Shown here piece by piece: positions 40,744 to 52,211 of a stretch of DNA of 64,000 nucleotides (positions are counted from its first letter, which is position 1; each line of letters starts with the position of its first letter). This DNA comes from Fistulifera solaris (lineage: Eukaryota), in NCBI GenBank assembly GCA_030295235.1, contig AP026133.1:434001-498000 (forward strand), read 5' to 3'. Made by a program: the position numbers and the translations under genes. The notes under the pieces are model-generated. The model saw nothing but the letters and a program-made list of their open reading frames with translations, searched no databases and was not told the origin of the DNA.

Positions 40744-41571
40744 ATGGGCGGTACGAAAGATTATCCTCGCGAATATCTCATTGCCTCGGCTTTGGCCGCT
40801 ACTATCAATTACCCTTTGTGGCGTGCTTCCGCCATAGGACAATCAGGATTTGTGGTGGAATCGGCTCGGATCCCGGCGATTTTGTCTCCGTATGTCCACG
40901 CCTTTGCCCCGCCGTACAAGGGTGCTCTGGCCACAGTACTGGGAATGACCTGGGCTCGGGCGGCCATCTTCTGGGGTTCCGATTACGGAAAAGAGCAACT
41001 GATGCAAATGGGCATTGCCGAGAGCGTGGCCACGGTTCTGCCTCCGTTGTTAGTCAGTACGATTGTACAATGCGTCAATATGCCGCTCGTGCGAGCGACC
41101 ATTACAATTCAAGACCCGCAATCGAAATTGCCGAATGTGGCTGCGGCCTTGCGTTACATTCATCAAACACACGGTTGGGCGGGACTTTGGCACGGTACAT
41201 CGGCGGGTGTCTTAAAAACAGTTCCCAAATACTGTACCGCCGTCGTTGTCAAGGGATTCATGGAAGATTGGTTGCCGCCACCGACCGATCCGTCCGAGCG
41301 ATTGTGGCGGTCCGCCTATAAAAGTGCGGCGGCCGGTATTGCCGGAGCGGCATTGACCAATCCACTCGATGTCATTCGCAACGAAATGTTCAAAACCAAT
41401 CTTGAAATGACTCCTACGGTGCAAAAGCTGTGGCGAGAGTTGGGTGTGCGTTTCTTGGGGCGGGGACTGGGCAAGAACATGATTGCCGTGGCGATTCCTG
41501 TAGCTTGCACAATATTCTTTACGGATGCTTTGGTTCACCAAACTCAACAGCAGCAACAGCGCGTCATTTGA
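40744..41571 (+). CDS. Mitochondrial carrier family (SLC25) protein
   Basis: Three repeats with Px[D/E]xx[K/R]-like motifs (PLWRAS, PLVRAT, PLDVIRNE); 'GWAGLWHG'; 275 aa. Confidence 0.8.
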   Translation: MGGTKDYPREYLIASALAATINYPLWRASAIGQSGFVVESARIPAILSPYVHAFAPPYKGALATVLGMTWARAAIFWGSDYGKEQLMQMGIAESVATVLPPLLVSTIVQCVNMPLVRATITIQDPQSKLPNVAAALRYIHQTHGWAGLWHGTSAGVLKTVPKYCTAVVVKGFMEDWLPPPTDPSERLWRSAYKSAAAGIAGAALTNPLDVIRNEMFKTNLEMTPTVQKLWRELGVRFLGRGLGKNMIAVAIPVACTIFFTDALVHQTQQQQQRVI

Positions 41572-42193
41572 ACGAAAGAAGATAAGACGGCAATTCTTTT
41601 GTCTACCTCCTTGCTCGTACCTGGCAATTCGTCGAGCCGCATTTGACGCAAATTCGGATCTTTCTTGCGATGCCAACACTTACAACAACTCGTTTCACGT
41701 ATTGTTGCATTTAAAGTGATCTCCAGTACAAGTACTTCTCCGTCATGACGATCCGTGTACTCTCAATTCAATTTCTCGAGAAGAGAATATACGATGGAAA
41801 AGTGAGCAACTACGTCAACAAGGACTTGAAGCCATGAATCGAGTCCATTTGTCGGCTTTCCCAATAATACTTCCTTCGTAGAATACGAACTGTTAGCAAT
41901 ATTTGCAAAATATATCTTTCGATCGGATCTAGACGACATTATTTTACTTTAGTCCCAGAACTTTAGAAAATGCGTCGTCGTAGTTTTTCTTTTCTCATGA
42001 CCGGATTTCAGTCATGATCGAAGAGGCACTTTGTTATACAAGAGATGCAACACTTCATCGATCATCCGTTGATGACTTTTTTCTACTTGCTGTCAACCGA
42101 TCGAACATTAAAACAAAAGACAACAGAATTTGGTTGATTCATAAAGCCGTTCCACCTGCAAAAGGAAGCCGTGTATGATTTTGTAAATCAATA

Positions 42194-43267
42194 ATGACGG
42201 ATATACCCCGCACCAGACGAGGCAAAAAAATCGAGGCAGCGAGTAGTGTGACATGGTCGAATCTTTCTGACGACGACGACGACGACAACAACAACAACAA
42301 CGACTCGACCTTGGCGCTGCCCCAACTCCCTGAAGAACTCTTTTTTCGCATTTCTTCTTTCCTCGATGTCATTTCGCTGGTCGATATGGGAACTACAAAC
42401 CGTTACTATCACGCACTTTGTCAAAGCAATCCAGCCGGATGGACGAATCTGTGTCTGCACTTGTGGAGAACGAAAATTCACGTCGCACCCGAAGCACGCG
42501 CATTAATACAGGAAAATGCACTCGAAGCTTACCGAGTGGCGTGTGCAGATGCGACGCAGCGTTCTTATGTCACGAAACACGAATTTTGTTACAATCCTGA
42601 CACGCATCAAGGGACCGTGTGGAGTTTCCGTTTCAAAGAGAGTGCCGGTGCCGATTGGACCTCGGTAGATCCATGGTATCGAGGATTGCCGTGTCGACAA
42701 ATGGTGTTTTTGGAATCGGGAAAAGGCATGCAATATGTTAACGATAATAATAATGATGAAGAAAGTCCACGCCTCCTCGATCCGCCCGTTCCTATTGCCT
42801 GGAGATTTTTGACACGCCCCATGGATTTGCCACAACGACCATTGGGAAGTTATGTTCGATTCACGGTAGCGGGACGGGATGTTCCGACGTACAGTGTGCG
42901 TCGATCACCCAATGGGAATTGGGGCTTTGTGATGGAGTCGTGTTGGGGGTTGTACGCCAGCTACCCTTTGCCACCGCGTCGGAAGAAGATACTGCGCCGT
43001 GCGGGAGAAGAACCGACGTGGATCCATGCCGACGAGGAGGAGTCGACGGCTCATTCCTCCCATGACCATTGGCGGAACAAACGAATTCGAACAATCGGAC
43101 ATCCACACGCTACGTTGTCTCACGACCCCTTGCAGGATGACTCGCAATTGTTAATAACGAACGAAATTCAGTGGCGCGAGGCTTTTCTTTATAATGTGGG
43201 AGCTCGTGTTCTACCGGAAGGTGACCAAGCCATTGACGATTTTGATCGAGCGTGGGGCGGCGTATGA
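42194..43267 (+). CDS. F-box protein
   Basis: 'LPQLPEELFFRISSFLDVISLVDMGTTNRYYHALC' near the N-terminus. Confidence 0.7.
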   Translation: MTDIPRTRRGKKIEAASSVTWSNLSDDDDDDNNNNNDSTLALPQLPEELFFRISSFLDVISLVDMGTTNRYYHALCQSNPAGWTNLCLHLWRTKIHVAPEARALIQENALEAYRVACADATQRSYVTKHEFCYNPDTHQGTVWSFRFKESAGADWTSVDPWYRGLPCRQMVFLESGKGMQYVNDNNNDEESPRLLDPPVPIAWRFLTRPMDLPQRPLGSYVRFTVAGRDVPTYSVRRSPNGNWGFVMESCWGLYASYPLPPRRKKILRRAGEEPTWIHADEEESTAHSSHDHWRNKRIRTIGHPHATLSHDPLQDDSQLLITNEIQWREAFLYNVGARVLPEGDQAIDDFDRAWGGV

Positions 43268-43687
43268 TGCCAAATGATGTAATGTGCATTGTTGCTTAGC
43301 CAACGAAGCCCTTCAAAGAAAACGACACGCGGACATTCGCTCTGCATATGCTGTGGGTAGCGTGAAATCGAATATAATTAGAATATGGCCTCTCTTGGTG
43401 CGATTGGTTCGTCTAGCAATGAAGAATCATCAAAATGCTGAACGAGGGTCAATTTACAAACACATTCGAGTTTAAAGAATACGATACGAGAAAGAGAATC
43501 AGCTCAAGGACTCCGGCCTACGCAATAATTTTCATCTACGGCTATTGCAATAGCCCATAATTTTGTTGAACACAGGCCAAAAAAAAGAGAAAAATTCTGT
43601 TGACGGAATGATACTTAGTTACAACAACAAGCTATCCAAGTACGAGAGGATCTGTGTTCAACGGTTAGACTGCACAAGCCATCATTT

Positions 43688-44056
43688 TTATTTCGCTCCA
43701 TACACAGCCCAGCAATCCGTTTCTTTGGGTCCGCCACCGTTGATTACTTTGACAAAGCCGTTCTTTTCTAAATACTCCTTGGCCATTTGTCCTCGACTAC
43801 CCGCACCACAATGAGTAATAATGGGTGTATCTTTCGGGACCGAGGGAAGAGGCATCTGATCCGTGGTTCGATCCCAAACCAAATTGATTGCTTTCGGTCG
43901 GTACGTCTCGGACGGTAAAGCGGTCCGAGCAATGCTCTTCACGTCTTCTCCGTCCGGGTCTGGACTGCGAACATCGACAACGAGCAGCCGATCGCCGGCC
44001 TCCGCGACAAATGTTTCCAGTTCTTCGGCGGATGCGACTCCTTCTTTGCGTGTCAT
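43688..44056 (-). CDS. Single-domain rhodanese-like sulfurtransferase
   Basis: 'LVVDVRSP', 'PIITHCGAGSRG..AKEYL...GF..V.NGGG'. Confidence 0.8.
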   Translation of the reverse strand: MTRKEGVASAEELETFVAEAGDRLLVVDVRSPDPDGEDVKSIARTALPSETYRPKAINLVWDRTTDQMPLPSVPKDTPIITHCGAGSRGQMAKEYLEKNGFVKVINGGGPKETDCWAVYGAK

Positions 44057-44361
44057 GATACAATGTCACCCTTGACGTTTTCTGTTTTTTGTTGAAGATG
44101 GAAGATGAATCAATGAGCAAAGGAAAGGCAGTTATTATTGTTATTGTGAAAAAGGAGGAACGTGCGTAAAAATAGTGCGGTACAATAAGTATATGACGTA
44201 GTAGTAGACCTCGCGCACCTCTTTGTCGTACCGCCATAAGAATCGTCAACTTTCAACATACTCCGTACTACAGCATTATTTTTATAAACAACAATCCTCA
44301 AATGTAGTCAATCTTATCTTATTACGAATGAAAAACGTTTGTAATCATTTTCTAACAAGCG

Positions 44362-45255
44362 ATGCCTTTCACATATGTTCGCTACAGAGGAGTCGTCCAG
44401 GTCCAGCGTGGTCTCGTCATAGGGTGGTTGTGCATCTTGACATTCCCGATGGATGCGCTAAAACCAGTCGTTTTTTGTCGACGTGCTTTTCTCACCACGA
44501 CCCTCTCCGTTCCCTTGCAATCGATTCTCTCTCCTTCGCTCTCAGTATTATTAGCACCGGAAGTTGACAATCCTTTGGAATCAACGCCTTTGAACAACAA
44601 TTCACCAGTCTTGGTAGATTCGGATTCTTCTTGGATCGGTACCAATCTCCCCCGCATCAGCCTCACGCATGCTTCTACATCCACCACGATGACAGTGTGG
44701 CCCATGGGACGATGGCCGGATCCGGTACTCCGCCAACCGGCCGAACCCGTGTCATCCGAATTCTTTGGATCGACAGAATTGCAAAATGCCTGTTGGCTTT
44801 TACAAAACACAGCTCGACATTATCATGCCGTCGGATTGGCGGCACAACAATGTGGTGTAAATGCCCGCATCGTGTACTTGGAGCGTCCTTTTTTTAGAAG
44901 TCTTACGATGGTCAATCCCCACATCGTGCAACGTTCTCCGGAAACCAAAATGCGGGTGTGGACGGAACACTGTCTGGTGTTACCCCCAACGTTCGCGGCC
45001 ACGGTCTTGCGAGATGCCTGGATTACTGTCGAATACCAAGAAGCGTCAACGGGAACATGGAAGATTGTAACCTTGCGGGGTGAATGGGCACGAGCGGCAC
45101 AGCACGAATTGGATCACGATCGAGGGATTCTGGTGACCGATCATGTGGAATTATCCGAATTGGAGAATGATCTTATGCGATCCATAGAAACAGCGGGACA
45201 CGCGGGCCGTATGGAATTGGCTTACAGTAGGGCAGTGGAGAAGTCGGCTTTCTAA
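44362..45255 (+). CDS. def: Organellar peptide deformylase
   Basis: 'PDPVLRQPA', 'VGLAAQQCG', 'EHCL' (variant of EGCLS) and 'QHELDHDRGIL'; N-terminal targeting extension. Confidence 0.85.
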   Translation: MPFTYVRYRGVVQVQRGLVIGWLCILTFPMDALKPVVFCRRAFLTTTLSVPLQSILSPSLSVLLAPEVDNPLESTPLNNNSPVLVDSDSSWIGTNLPRISLTHASTSTTMTVWPMGRWPDPVLRQPAEPVSSEFFGSTELQNACWLLQNTARHYHAVGLAAQQCGVNARIVYLERPFFRSLTMVNPHIVQRSPETKMRVWTEHCLVLPPTFAATVLRDAWITVEYQEASTGTWKIVTLRGEWARAAQHELDHDRGILVTDHVELSELENDLMRSIETAGHAGRMELAYSRAVEKSAF

Positions 45256-46042
45256 ATTGGTCACAGTTTGATTCGACAACGATATAGAATTGCCACGGAG
45301 GCTTTAGACCCCGAATTGGCAAACTGCCTGTGGGGGTACATATCCAGGGCAAATCTACATTCACGCCAAATAGTCCAGGTTGGATCAAACCTCACATTCA
45401 ATTGTTGCAGCCTGGTAGTTCGAGCTCGACCCGTTCGTTGTCTCTCTGGTCTTCCTACGTATGACTTTTCAATATCATCGGGAATTCCTCCTTATGCGCG
45501 ATCGAATACTGGAGATACATCAGAGGGAAACCTACTCGTCCGTAATTCGTGTCTCTCTTTCAAGTGGGACTTCCACAAAAGCTATTCGAGCAGATTTTTT
45601 GTTGTTGTGGAACGGCGACACATAATTGCCCATTCAATTATAGTATAGTTATCATTGATATCACTTGAGACTCAAAAGGTCTAAAGTTGATCGTTCTATT
45701 TCTACTTAAGACCAGGAAGTCAGCTCGGCATTCATGATGAGTCCTTCTTTTTCATGAAAGCCACCGCGATTACCTCCTCATTCGTATATTATTGATTTGA
45801 GGAAAACAGACTAGATTTAGGCAAGATAGTGCATTTCGACATGTGAATTCATTGTTTTTTCTCTTTCGTTCTTTGTCTTTTGTTGACAGTTTGCTACTTT
45901 CTGTTGTAGACTTTGGAAACAGATGAAAGTGATATGAAGTAAGATCATCGAACAGAACGGTACACATGTACAAACTGTAAGTTCCGTATTCCCCGGCTTT
46001 GTGTCATGGTAGAGAAGAGGACTATCCATGTATTCCGTAAGA

Positions 46043-46894
46043 CTAGCTGGTAATTGTGCCGAGCCAGGATCGGGCCTCCCATTTTCTGTTCCGACATTTT
46101 AATTCAATCCATCGACATTGATCGAAACAAGCTTGACTTATCCATAAAGTCAAATCCTTTTCATCTCTGTCAAATGCAACAGTTACACTGCCCGGTAATC
46201 CAAATGTATGCTTTGCGTTTCCTTCTAGTGTGCCGAGATCCCTAGGGATACACTTCTGATTCAGTGAATTCTCCATGGCGCGCAACTCCGGTCCAATCCA
46301 TCCCGACACCGAGCGAGCATCCAATCCTCCACCGTCGGCTCGACGACCTTCGGTACTAATTTCGGAGATTTTGCGTTCCAAATACAAAGAAATAGGTTTT
46401 TTGAGACTGCCCGTCTGTAAATCACAATTCAAAACGACCCGCGACCGATGATCTGGCTGCTGGAGCGCAAAGACGCATTCAACGCGTGACGTTTCCGGAG
46501 TAACGTACACACAAGCTGCGATGATTTCGTTCGTTTCCCACAATGGCGTTCCCAGTGTTTCATGGCGTTGCAACACCTCGAGATTGTCGAGCCCACATCC
46601 CGTTTCGGGCAATACGGTCAGAACGTGTCTTACTTCATTTTCTGACACCACTACTTCCAATGCCAAGGGTGCTTGTCCCCAATCGAGTAAGGCTTGAGGC
46701 ACATAAAATTCGGGTACCGGAATGTGCGTCCCATCGATATCGTATGTGGCATGATAACCCGCATAGTCGCTCATGTGATGGGATAAGGATCGGCGCGGTT
46801 GTCGTGTGGGTGACGAAAAGGCCGCACACAAGTCATTCCGGAAGATGGAAACGAGCAAGGGTAGAGCGACGGCTCCGTGCGACGAATGAATCAT
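46043..46894 (-). CDS. Hypothetical protein, probably plastid-targeted
   Basis: 283-aa ORF with a signal-like N-terminus ending 'LCA-AFSSP' and a Ser/Arg-rich transit-like segment. Confidence 0.55.
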   Translation of the reverse strand: MIHSSHGAVALPLLVSIFRNDLCAAFSSPTRQPRRSLSHHMSDYAGYHATYDIDGTHIPVPEFYVPQALLDWGQAPLALEVVVSENEVRHVLTVLPETGCGLDNLEVLQRHETLGTPLWETNEIIAACVYVTPETSRVECVFALQQPDHRSRVVLNCDLQTGSLKKPISLYLERKISEISTEGRRADGGGLDARSVSGWIGPELRAMENSLNQKCIPRDLGTLEGNAKHTFGLPGSVTVAFDRDEKDLTLWISQACFDQCRWIELKCRNRKWEARSWLGTITS

Positions 46895-47909
46895 CCTTGA
46901 GAGGTTAGTTATTACAAATAAGTAAAACTCATATGATTACAATAAACTGCAACAAAAAAAGAATGACGTTACGTCGTTTTTCGTTCCGACCTCAAAAACA
47001 AGAACATGTCGCAGAACTACTTAAAGGGAGAGATGAAAACGAGTAACCTTATACGAAGCACGATTTGCTAGAGAGCAACATCAAAACGTTGTATCTTGTA
47101 TCTACTGTAAAGATTAGTTCAATGCTCGTGCCTTCTCACTTTTCGTCATAATTCCGACAGCAATCTTTCAGCAAGATTATTTCAGATCGCTTCTTTTCCC
47201 TTCGTTCTTGATCTAAAAACAGTATGGTCAACACAGGGAACATGACGAATTCGGAAGAATATAAAGGGAACTTGTATAGAGCAGCTGCATGCTCACCGCT
47301 GCTATTTAAAATTTAAAATCCAACAATATGAATTGGAAGTAGTGAGGAGTGAGGAGTGGGGAGTGGGGAGTGAAAGCGGAGATGGAGTACCAGGTAAGGA
47401 GACGTTGGTTGTCGCAAGATTGATGAATCAGTAGGAAAATGAGAAGTTCCTGATTCCTGAGTCCTGAGATATCTTATTATTGTCACGCTGAACAAGAGCA
47501 AGAGCCAAGAGCTGATATTGCACAGAGCAAGATCGGCGGCGATCGGCGGCGATCGGCGAGAAATCGTTTATTTGTCTGTACGGAGGCTGGACGGAGTCGT
47601 TTTGATGCTTGACTCTGTGCAGTATTTACAGGACATAAGACATACGGTTCTAGTATTTACGACACTTGTATCTGTGAATGGGAACCTTAAGAAGGTCGTG
47701 CATCATGAAAGACATGCGTGCGTCACGCGCTCCGTGATGCAAAAACGCTTGAAAATTGAATCGTACCAAATTAGAAACGGTTGGCGACTCCTAATTCCTA
47801 ATGCAAAGTGTCATCATCTCTCGAAGATCAGCATTCTTGCTCACTTTCTCTGCAAATCATCACAATATTTGAACTTTTGTCTTTTACCCCAAACCAGTAA
47901 CCCAAGATC

Positions 47910-48626
47910 ATGAAGTTTTTTACCGTAAGCATTCTTATTTTTGCTACTTTGGTCAGCGCCCAGAACAACCGCGCTCGTCCCAACAATCAAGCGGCGCGCA
48001 ATCGTCAACAAAGCAACAGTAACTCCCGTGATAACCGTCCTAACAACAACCGAGCACGGCCGCCCGCCAACAACAACCGTCCTCGCCCGAACAACAATCG
48101 CCCACGAAGTAACAGTAACTCCCGGGACAACCGCCCCAACAACAATCGCCCGAACAACAACCGTCCGAACAACAATCGCGCCAGGAACGGTAACTCCGAT
48201 TCCAACTCTCGTCGCGGCCTTCAGGACTACGTGGACTCTGTCGACGATTCCGCTTCCATCGACAGTCCTTCCATGAACTCCGTCGACAGTCCAGTCGTGA
48301 ACAGTGCCCCCTCCATCGACGATCCTGTCGTGAACAGCACTTCCTCCATGGACAGTCCTTCCATCGATGAGCCTACTTCTGTGGACAGCACTCCCTCCAT
48401 CGACAGTCCTTCCGTTGATGATCCTACTTCTGCGGATAGCACTCCCTCCATGGATGACGGTTCTTCGTTGGATGACTCCTCGTCTGCCGACTCTGTCGCC
48501 GCATCTCCTAGCGAGAACGCTAGTGTCGTCCAGATGCAGGAAGTTAGCTCGGCCTCGATGATGAGCGCTTCCATGTTCATGAAAGCAGCCTTGATTGCTG
48601 CATCGGTTGTCTACTTTTCCATTTAG
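47910..48626 (+). CDS. Secreted low-complexity protein (Arg/Asn/Pro repeats, RRGL, Ser/Asp repeats, hydrophobic tail)
   Basis: Signal MKFFTVSILIFATLVSA; (NNNRP)n repeats; RRGL at 48210..48221; (SxDSP/SxDDP)n repeats; GPI-like C-terminus. Confidence 0.8.
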   Translation: MKFFTVSILIFATLVSAQNNRARPNNQAARNRQQSNSNSRDNRPNNNRARPPANNNRPRPNNNRPRSNSNSRDNRPNNNRPNNNRPNNNRARNGNSDSNSRRGLQDYVDSVDDSASIDSPSMNSVDSPVVNSAPSIDDPVVNSTSSMDSPSIDEPTSVDSTPSIDSPSVDDPTSADSTPSMDDGSSLDDSSSADSVAASPSENASVVQMQEVSSASMMSASMFMKAALIAASVVYFSI

Positions 48627-48716
48627 AAGAAGGAGCAGTAAAGTAACATGAAAGCGGCCTTAATTGCTGCATCGGTTGTCTACTTTTCCATTTAGAAGAA
48701 GGAGCAGTAAAGTAAC
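48579..48716. repeat. 69-bp tandem duplication covering the stop codon of the 47910 gene
   Basis: 48579..48647 and 48648..48716 differ at only 2 positions. Confidence 0.9.
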
Positions 48717-48965
48717 ACTCAATAGTGCGCATTTTCGGTCGGGTTGTTCTACTCCCTTGTTTGTAATTTCATATCTCTTTACATCTCGTCGCTTCACATG
48801 TAGTCGTCACTTGCCAACTGTGGGAAGTCGAGTTGATTCAAAACTCTTTTCGTCGTCCTAAAATTTAACAACCAACACGTTTGTTCTGGTTGGCTTGCGA
48901 CAGAGCAAAGGCAACGACATGTGATCAAAAAAATAACCAAGACATTTCAGTCAGACATCATTCCG

Positions 48966-50078
48966 TTACCCCGAGTGATTATCCTCTCGAACCCCCATCA
49001 ATTTTAACATGGCCTCCCCAAAGGCGGCACCAATATCGTAATACGTATCCGCATGGCCATGATAGTGAAAACCTGAATTGTAGTGTTCGGTGCGATTCTC
49101 GTGGGTGAAAGCGCGTGCATCCACTAACTGGCTCGTGTTGGGGAATAATTCCGTCACGGCTTTTTGTGCATCACGGACTCGTTGCAAATTTTCCTGGTCT
49201 TTGGGTTTTCCTCGGTATTGTCCACATTCTCCAATGACAACACATAAATCGGGGCTATGTAAAGCGCGGCGAATGTCTTGAATCAAATACACCAAATTCG
49301 TCTTGTATTCACTATTCTTTTGAGGACTTTGATCCGCCCATCCCTGAAACCAAACAAACCCCTTGATTTCGTACGGCTCGGCGAGTGCTTCTAAGGATTG
49401 GTTCACAATCGACAACATCTCACGATAAGCTGCACCGTACTTCTCATCATCAAATGGTTTGTGTCGAAAATTCGTATAATTGCCCAAACCCGCCGATGGC
49501 GGTCGGAAATTCACCGCCAAGGAATATCCATCCCAAGCCGCTTTTATAATCAAAATATTTTGATTCGGAAGAGATTCAGAAATCGTCCATCCGAATCCGA
49601 GTTCCGGTCCTATAAAACTCTCATTGAAGCCCAATCCGACCGTCAATGACTCTTCTTTCAACGAAGGGAGGACGACACGAACTCGAGATCGGACACGCCA
49701 CTGGTCGTTTTGATCGACCAAATGGGTGTAATTTCCCATCTCAATAATGAGTGAATGAAGATGCTGGACGCTCCCAAACCCCACCATATTCGATTGTCCG
49801 GCCAGGAGGAAGACTTGTACCGGTTGCGACGTCTCCAACAACCAATCATCGTCAGCGGCGACTTTCCACATAACGGCACGTTCATTATCGACGGTGTTGG
49901 TGTGTTTCGTCATTCCGAATAAAACAGAAAGAGATAAGAGTAGGATTACGAGAACGGTGTAGTAGACACGACGGTTCTGTTGGGGTGAAGAAACCCATCC
50001 GGTCATTTGAGGAAGAAGAAGAAGAAGGCCATCATACTCGTCCTCCTCCCCTTCCTGCTGTTCCATTTCCAAATGCAT
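48966..50078 (-). CDS. Sialate O-acetylesterase (SASA)/SGNH carbohydrate esterase with an N-terminal membrane anchor
   Basis: 'VFLLAGQSNMVG', 'GPELGFG', 'GFVWFQGWAD', 'FHYHG'; TM 'YYTVLVILLLSLSVLFG'. Confidence 0.8.
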   Translation of the reverse strand: MHLEMEQQEGEEDEYDGLLLLLPQMTGWVSSPQQNRRVYYTVLVILLLSLSVLFGMTKHTNTVDNERAVMWKVAADDDWLLETSQPVQVFLLAGQSNMVGFGSVQHLHSLIIEMGNYTHLVDQNDQWRVRSRVRVVLPSLKEESLTVGLGFNESFIGPELGFGWTISESLPNQNILIIKAAWDGYSLAVNFRPPSAGLGNYTNFRHKPFDDEKYGAAYREMLSIVNQSLEALAEPYEIKGFVWFQGWADQSPQKNSEYKTNLVYLIQDIRRALHSPDLCVVIGECGQYRGKPKDQENLQRVRDAQKAVTELFPNTSQLVDARAFTHENRTEHYNSGFHYHGHADTYYDIGAAFGEAMLKLMGVREDNHSG

Positions 50079-50768
50079 CTTTCACCCGCGCTCGTTTGAC
50101 GCCACGGACTTGCTGCTCTCTTATTAGTTGAGTATCATTTCGAACGGACTATCAGGTTTTTTCTTTTTCTCGTTTTTTTTCTTCTTGTGGATTCATTTCA
50201 TCCGTTCGGTTCGGTTCTGTCAGGCTTGGCTGGATGCAGATCGACATGTTTGTTTGTACGAGTCATGACTGAGATGCAGTCATGCAAAAAGTGGCATGCA
50301 CTTGGATCGCGAAGGAAACTGACCCACACATTGTAACTATAGTATACTTATTTCGAAGATACAACATGATAACCTTTTGGTTGTTGTCGCACGATGATCA
50401 TGATGGGGGCGTTTCTGATACGGCACATTATTATGGTTATGAGATGCAATTCAAATGGAACTTACACGTTAACGCAACTCTATAAATAATACGTAGTAAT
50501 GGCATTTTTGTGCCACGTGGATGACTTGAATTTTGAACAAAGGCTTTTCAAGGCCCCCCACGTCCGACGATTTTCTCGGTCGTACGTCGTACCCTATTTG
50601 ACCTTATTGTACTACTTTCACAAGAACTGTCATGTGTTGACAATTCACTCCTTCTTTAGAGCGGTCCTTTGCTGCATCCCGGTCCTTTGCTTCATCCAAT
50701 TCCGAAACAAGTGCCTTAATTGCTTTGACATCGCTATTGAGGAGAGTAAGCATCAAAATGATTATTCG

Positions 50769-52211
50769 CTATTCAAAATAATTGAGTTGAGAGGTTGAAG
50801 ACAAGCCATCCACTTCATCTTTCATCCCCGGATTCATTTGTGAAGGAACCAGGTTCGTAGCTGTCTGACGACTGCGGAGTGGATCTATGGCAGATGGGTA
50901 GCGAGAAAAGTTTGGATATTGCGCGTAAGAAGTGCTTTGCGGTTGCAATCCCATTACCGTCTGGTCGCTTGGCAGTTGTCCGTATAGAGGCATTGAATAA
51001 TACGAATGATTCGAGATTTCCGTGCCGGGAAAACGACCAGCGTCCATGTAATTGGCATTGTGATAGGCTTGACCTGTTAACGAATGATATGCCTGAGATG
51101 GCATGTTTGTGACAGTACCCGGACCCCATACGGATTGCATATGTTGTAATGGAGGCGGCCCCATTGAGTCGACATAGTCCCTCAGCGATGTTCCCGCTCC
51201 AGCGGCAGAGTTCGATTGAATATAGCTGGCTTGACTCACCGCTGGGGGCAGAAATGTTGATGGCGCTGACAACGACATTCCTGGAGGCATACCGCTGACT
51301 TGATTCCTCGACGCATACAGACGTTGCTGATCGAAAAAGTATGGCTCATTGTCTCCACGATGGAAACCGGAGTTGATGCCGTGACTCAATGGGCCACTTC
51401 CTCCCAACGCTTGCCTGTATAGCGCGCTCGACGTATCATATGTCTGAGGCTGTGATATTTCCACATCTTCTCGTAAGGTGAATTTTTGATTCGAAGTGGT
51501 TATTATGCCTTGCGATGTTTGTACACCCTTTAGTTTCTTGCGTTGCTGGGCAAGCTTTTTGGCTTTTGGAAAAGGTCGTGCGGCTTCGGTTTCTTTCAGC
51601 GTGCTGTCTTTTAAAAGTTCTCCTTTCTCTGCTTTATACAGACTTACGGCTTTTTCATAACGTATCTTTTCAACGTCGGCTCGTCGCTGAAACATTTCCT
51701 TGGAATCCGGGTCGAGCTCTTTCCATTTGGTTCCCAACATCTTGGCCAGTTCGGTGAAGCCGATCACGCCATGTTCCCGACGATGTCGTCGCTTCGCATG
51801 CCTCCGCGTATCCACATCGATTCGATCGATATCAGCTTGCTGCAATGGGATCAACGATTCACCCGCCAAAAGTCGCTCTCGGCCCCATTGGAAGAAAAGA
51901 TTGTAGGCACTCAACGGACGCTTGGGATGATCCGCTGGCTTCTTCCATCGTTTCCGTTGTTGTTTTTTCACAGTATCAGTGGTTATGGATGCAATGTCTT
52001 CTTCTTGTTCGTCCTCTTCATCTATTTCCTCTCTGAATGAGAGTATTTCAGAAAGTGGAGAAGGAGGCGCACGTAAATTTGAGGTGGGCTGTGGCGATAG
52101 ACTAAAATCTGACATGTTCAAACTTTTACGTTGGAAAAGAAAACGATGCAGTGAAGGCTTCTCCTTTGAACTTTCAAAGAATAATGGACTGGGATAGTTC
52201 GCTGTCAGCAT
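50769..52211 (-). CDS. HMG-box DNA-binding protein
   Basis: 'HPKRPLSAYNLFF', 'IGFTELAKMLGTKWKELDPDSKEMF...A..EK.RY'; low-complexity C-terminus. Confidence 0.85.
   Translation of the reverse strand: MLTANYPSPLFFESSKEKPSLHRFLFQRKSLNMSDFSLSPQPTSNLRAPPSPLSEILSFREEIDEEDEQEEDIASITTDTVKKQQRKRWKKPADHPKRPLSAYNLFFQWGRERLLAGESLIPLQQADIDRIDVDTRRHAKRRHRREHGVIGFTELAKMLGTKWKELDPDSKEMFQRRADVEKIRYEKAVSLYKAEKGELLKDSTLKETEAARPFPKAKKLAQQRKKLKGVQTSQGIITTSNQKFTLREDVEISQPQTYDTSSALYRQALGGSGPLSHGINSGFHRGDNEPYFFDQQRLYASRNQVSGMPPGMSLSAPSTFLPPAVSQASYIQSNSAAGAGTSLRDYVDSMGPPPLQHMQSVWGPGTVTNMPSQAYHSLTGQAYHNANYMDAGRFPGTEISNHSYYSMPLYGQLPSDQTVMGLQPQSTSYAQYPNFSRYPSAIDPLRSRQTATNLVPSQMNPGMKDEVDGLSSTSQLNYFE

Noticed and set aside
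47341..47558. Short simple repeats (GGAGTG[A/G])n and (GATCGGCGGC)n
   Set aside because: Few copies; ordinary microsatellites, not telomeric.
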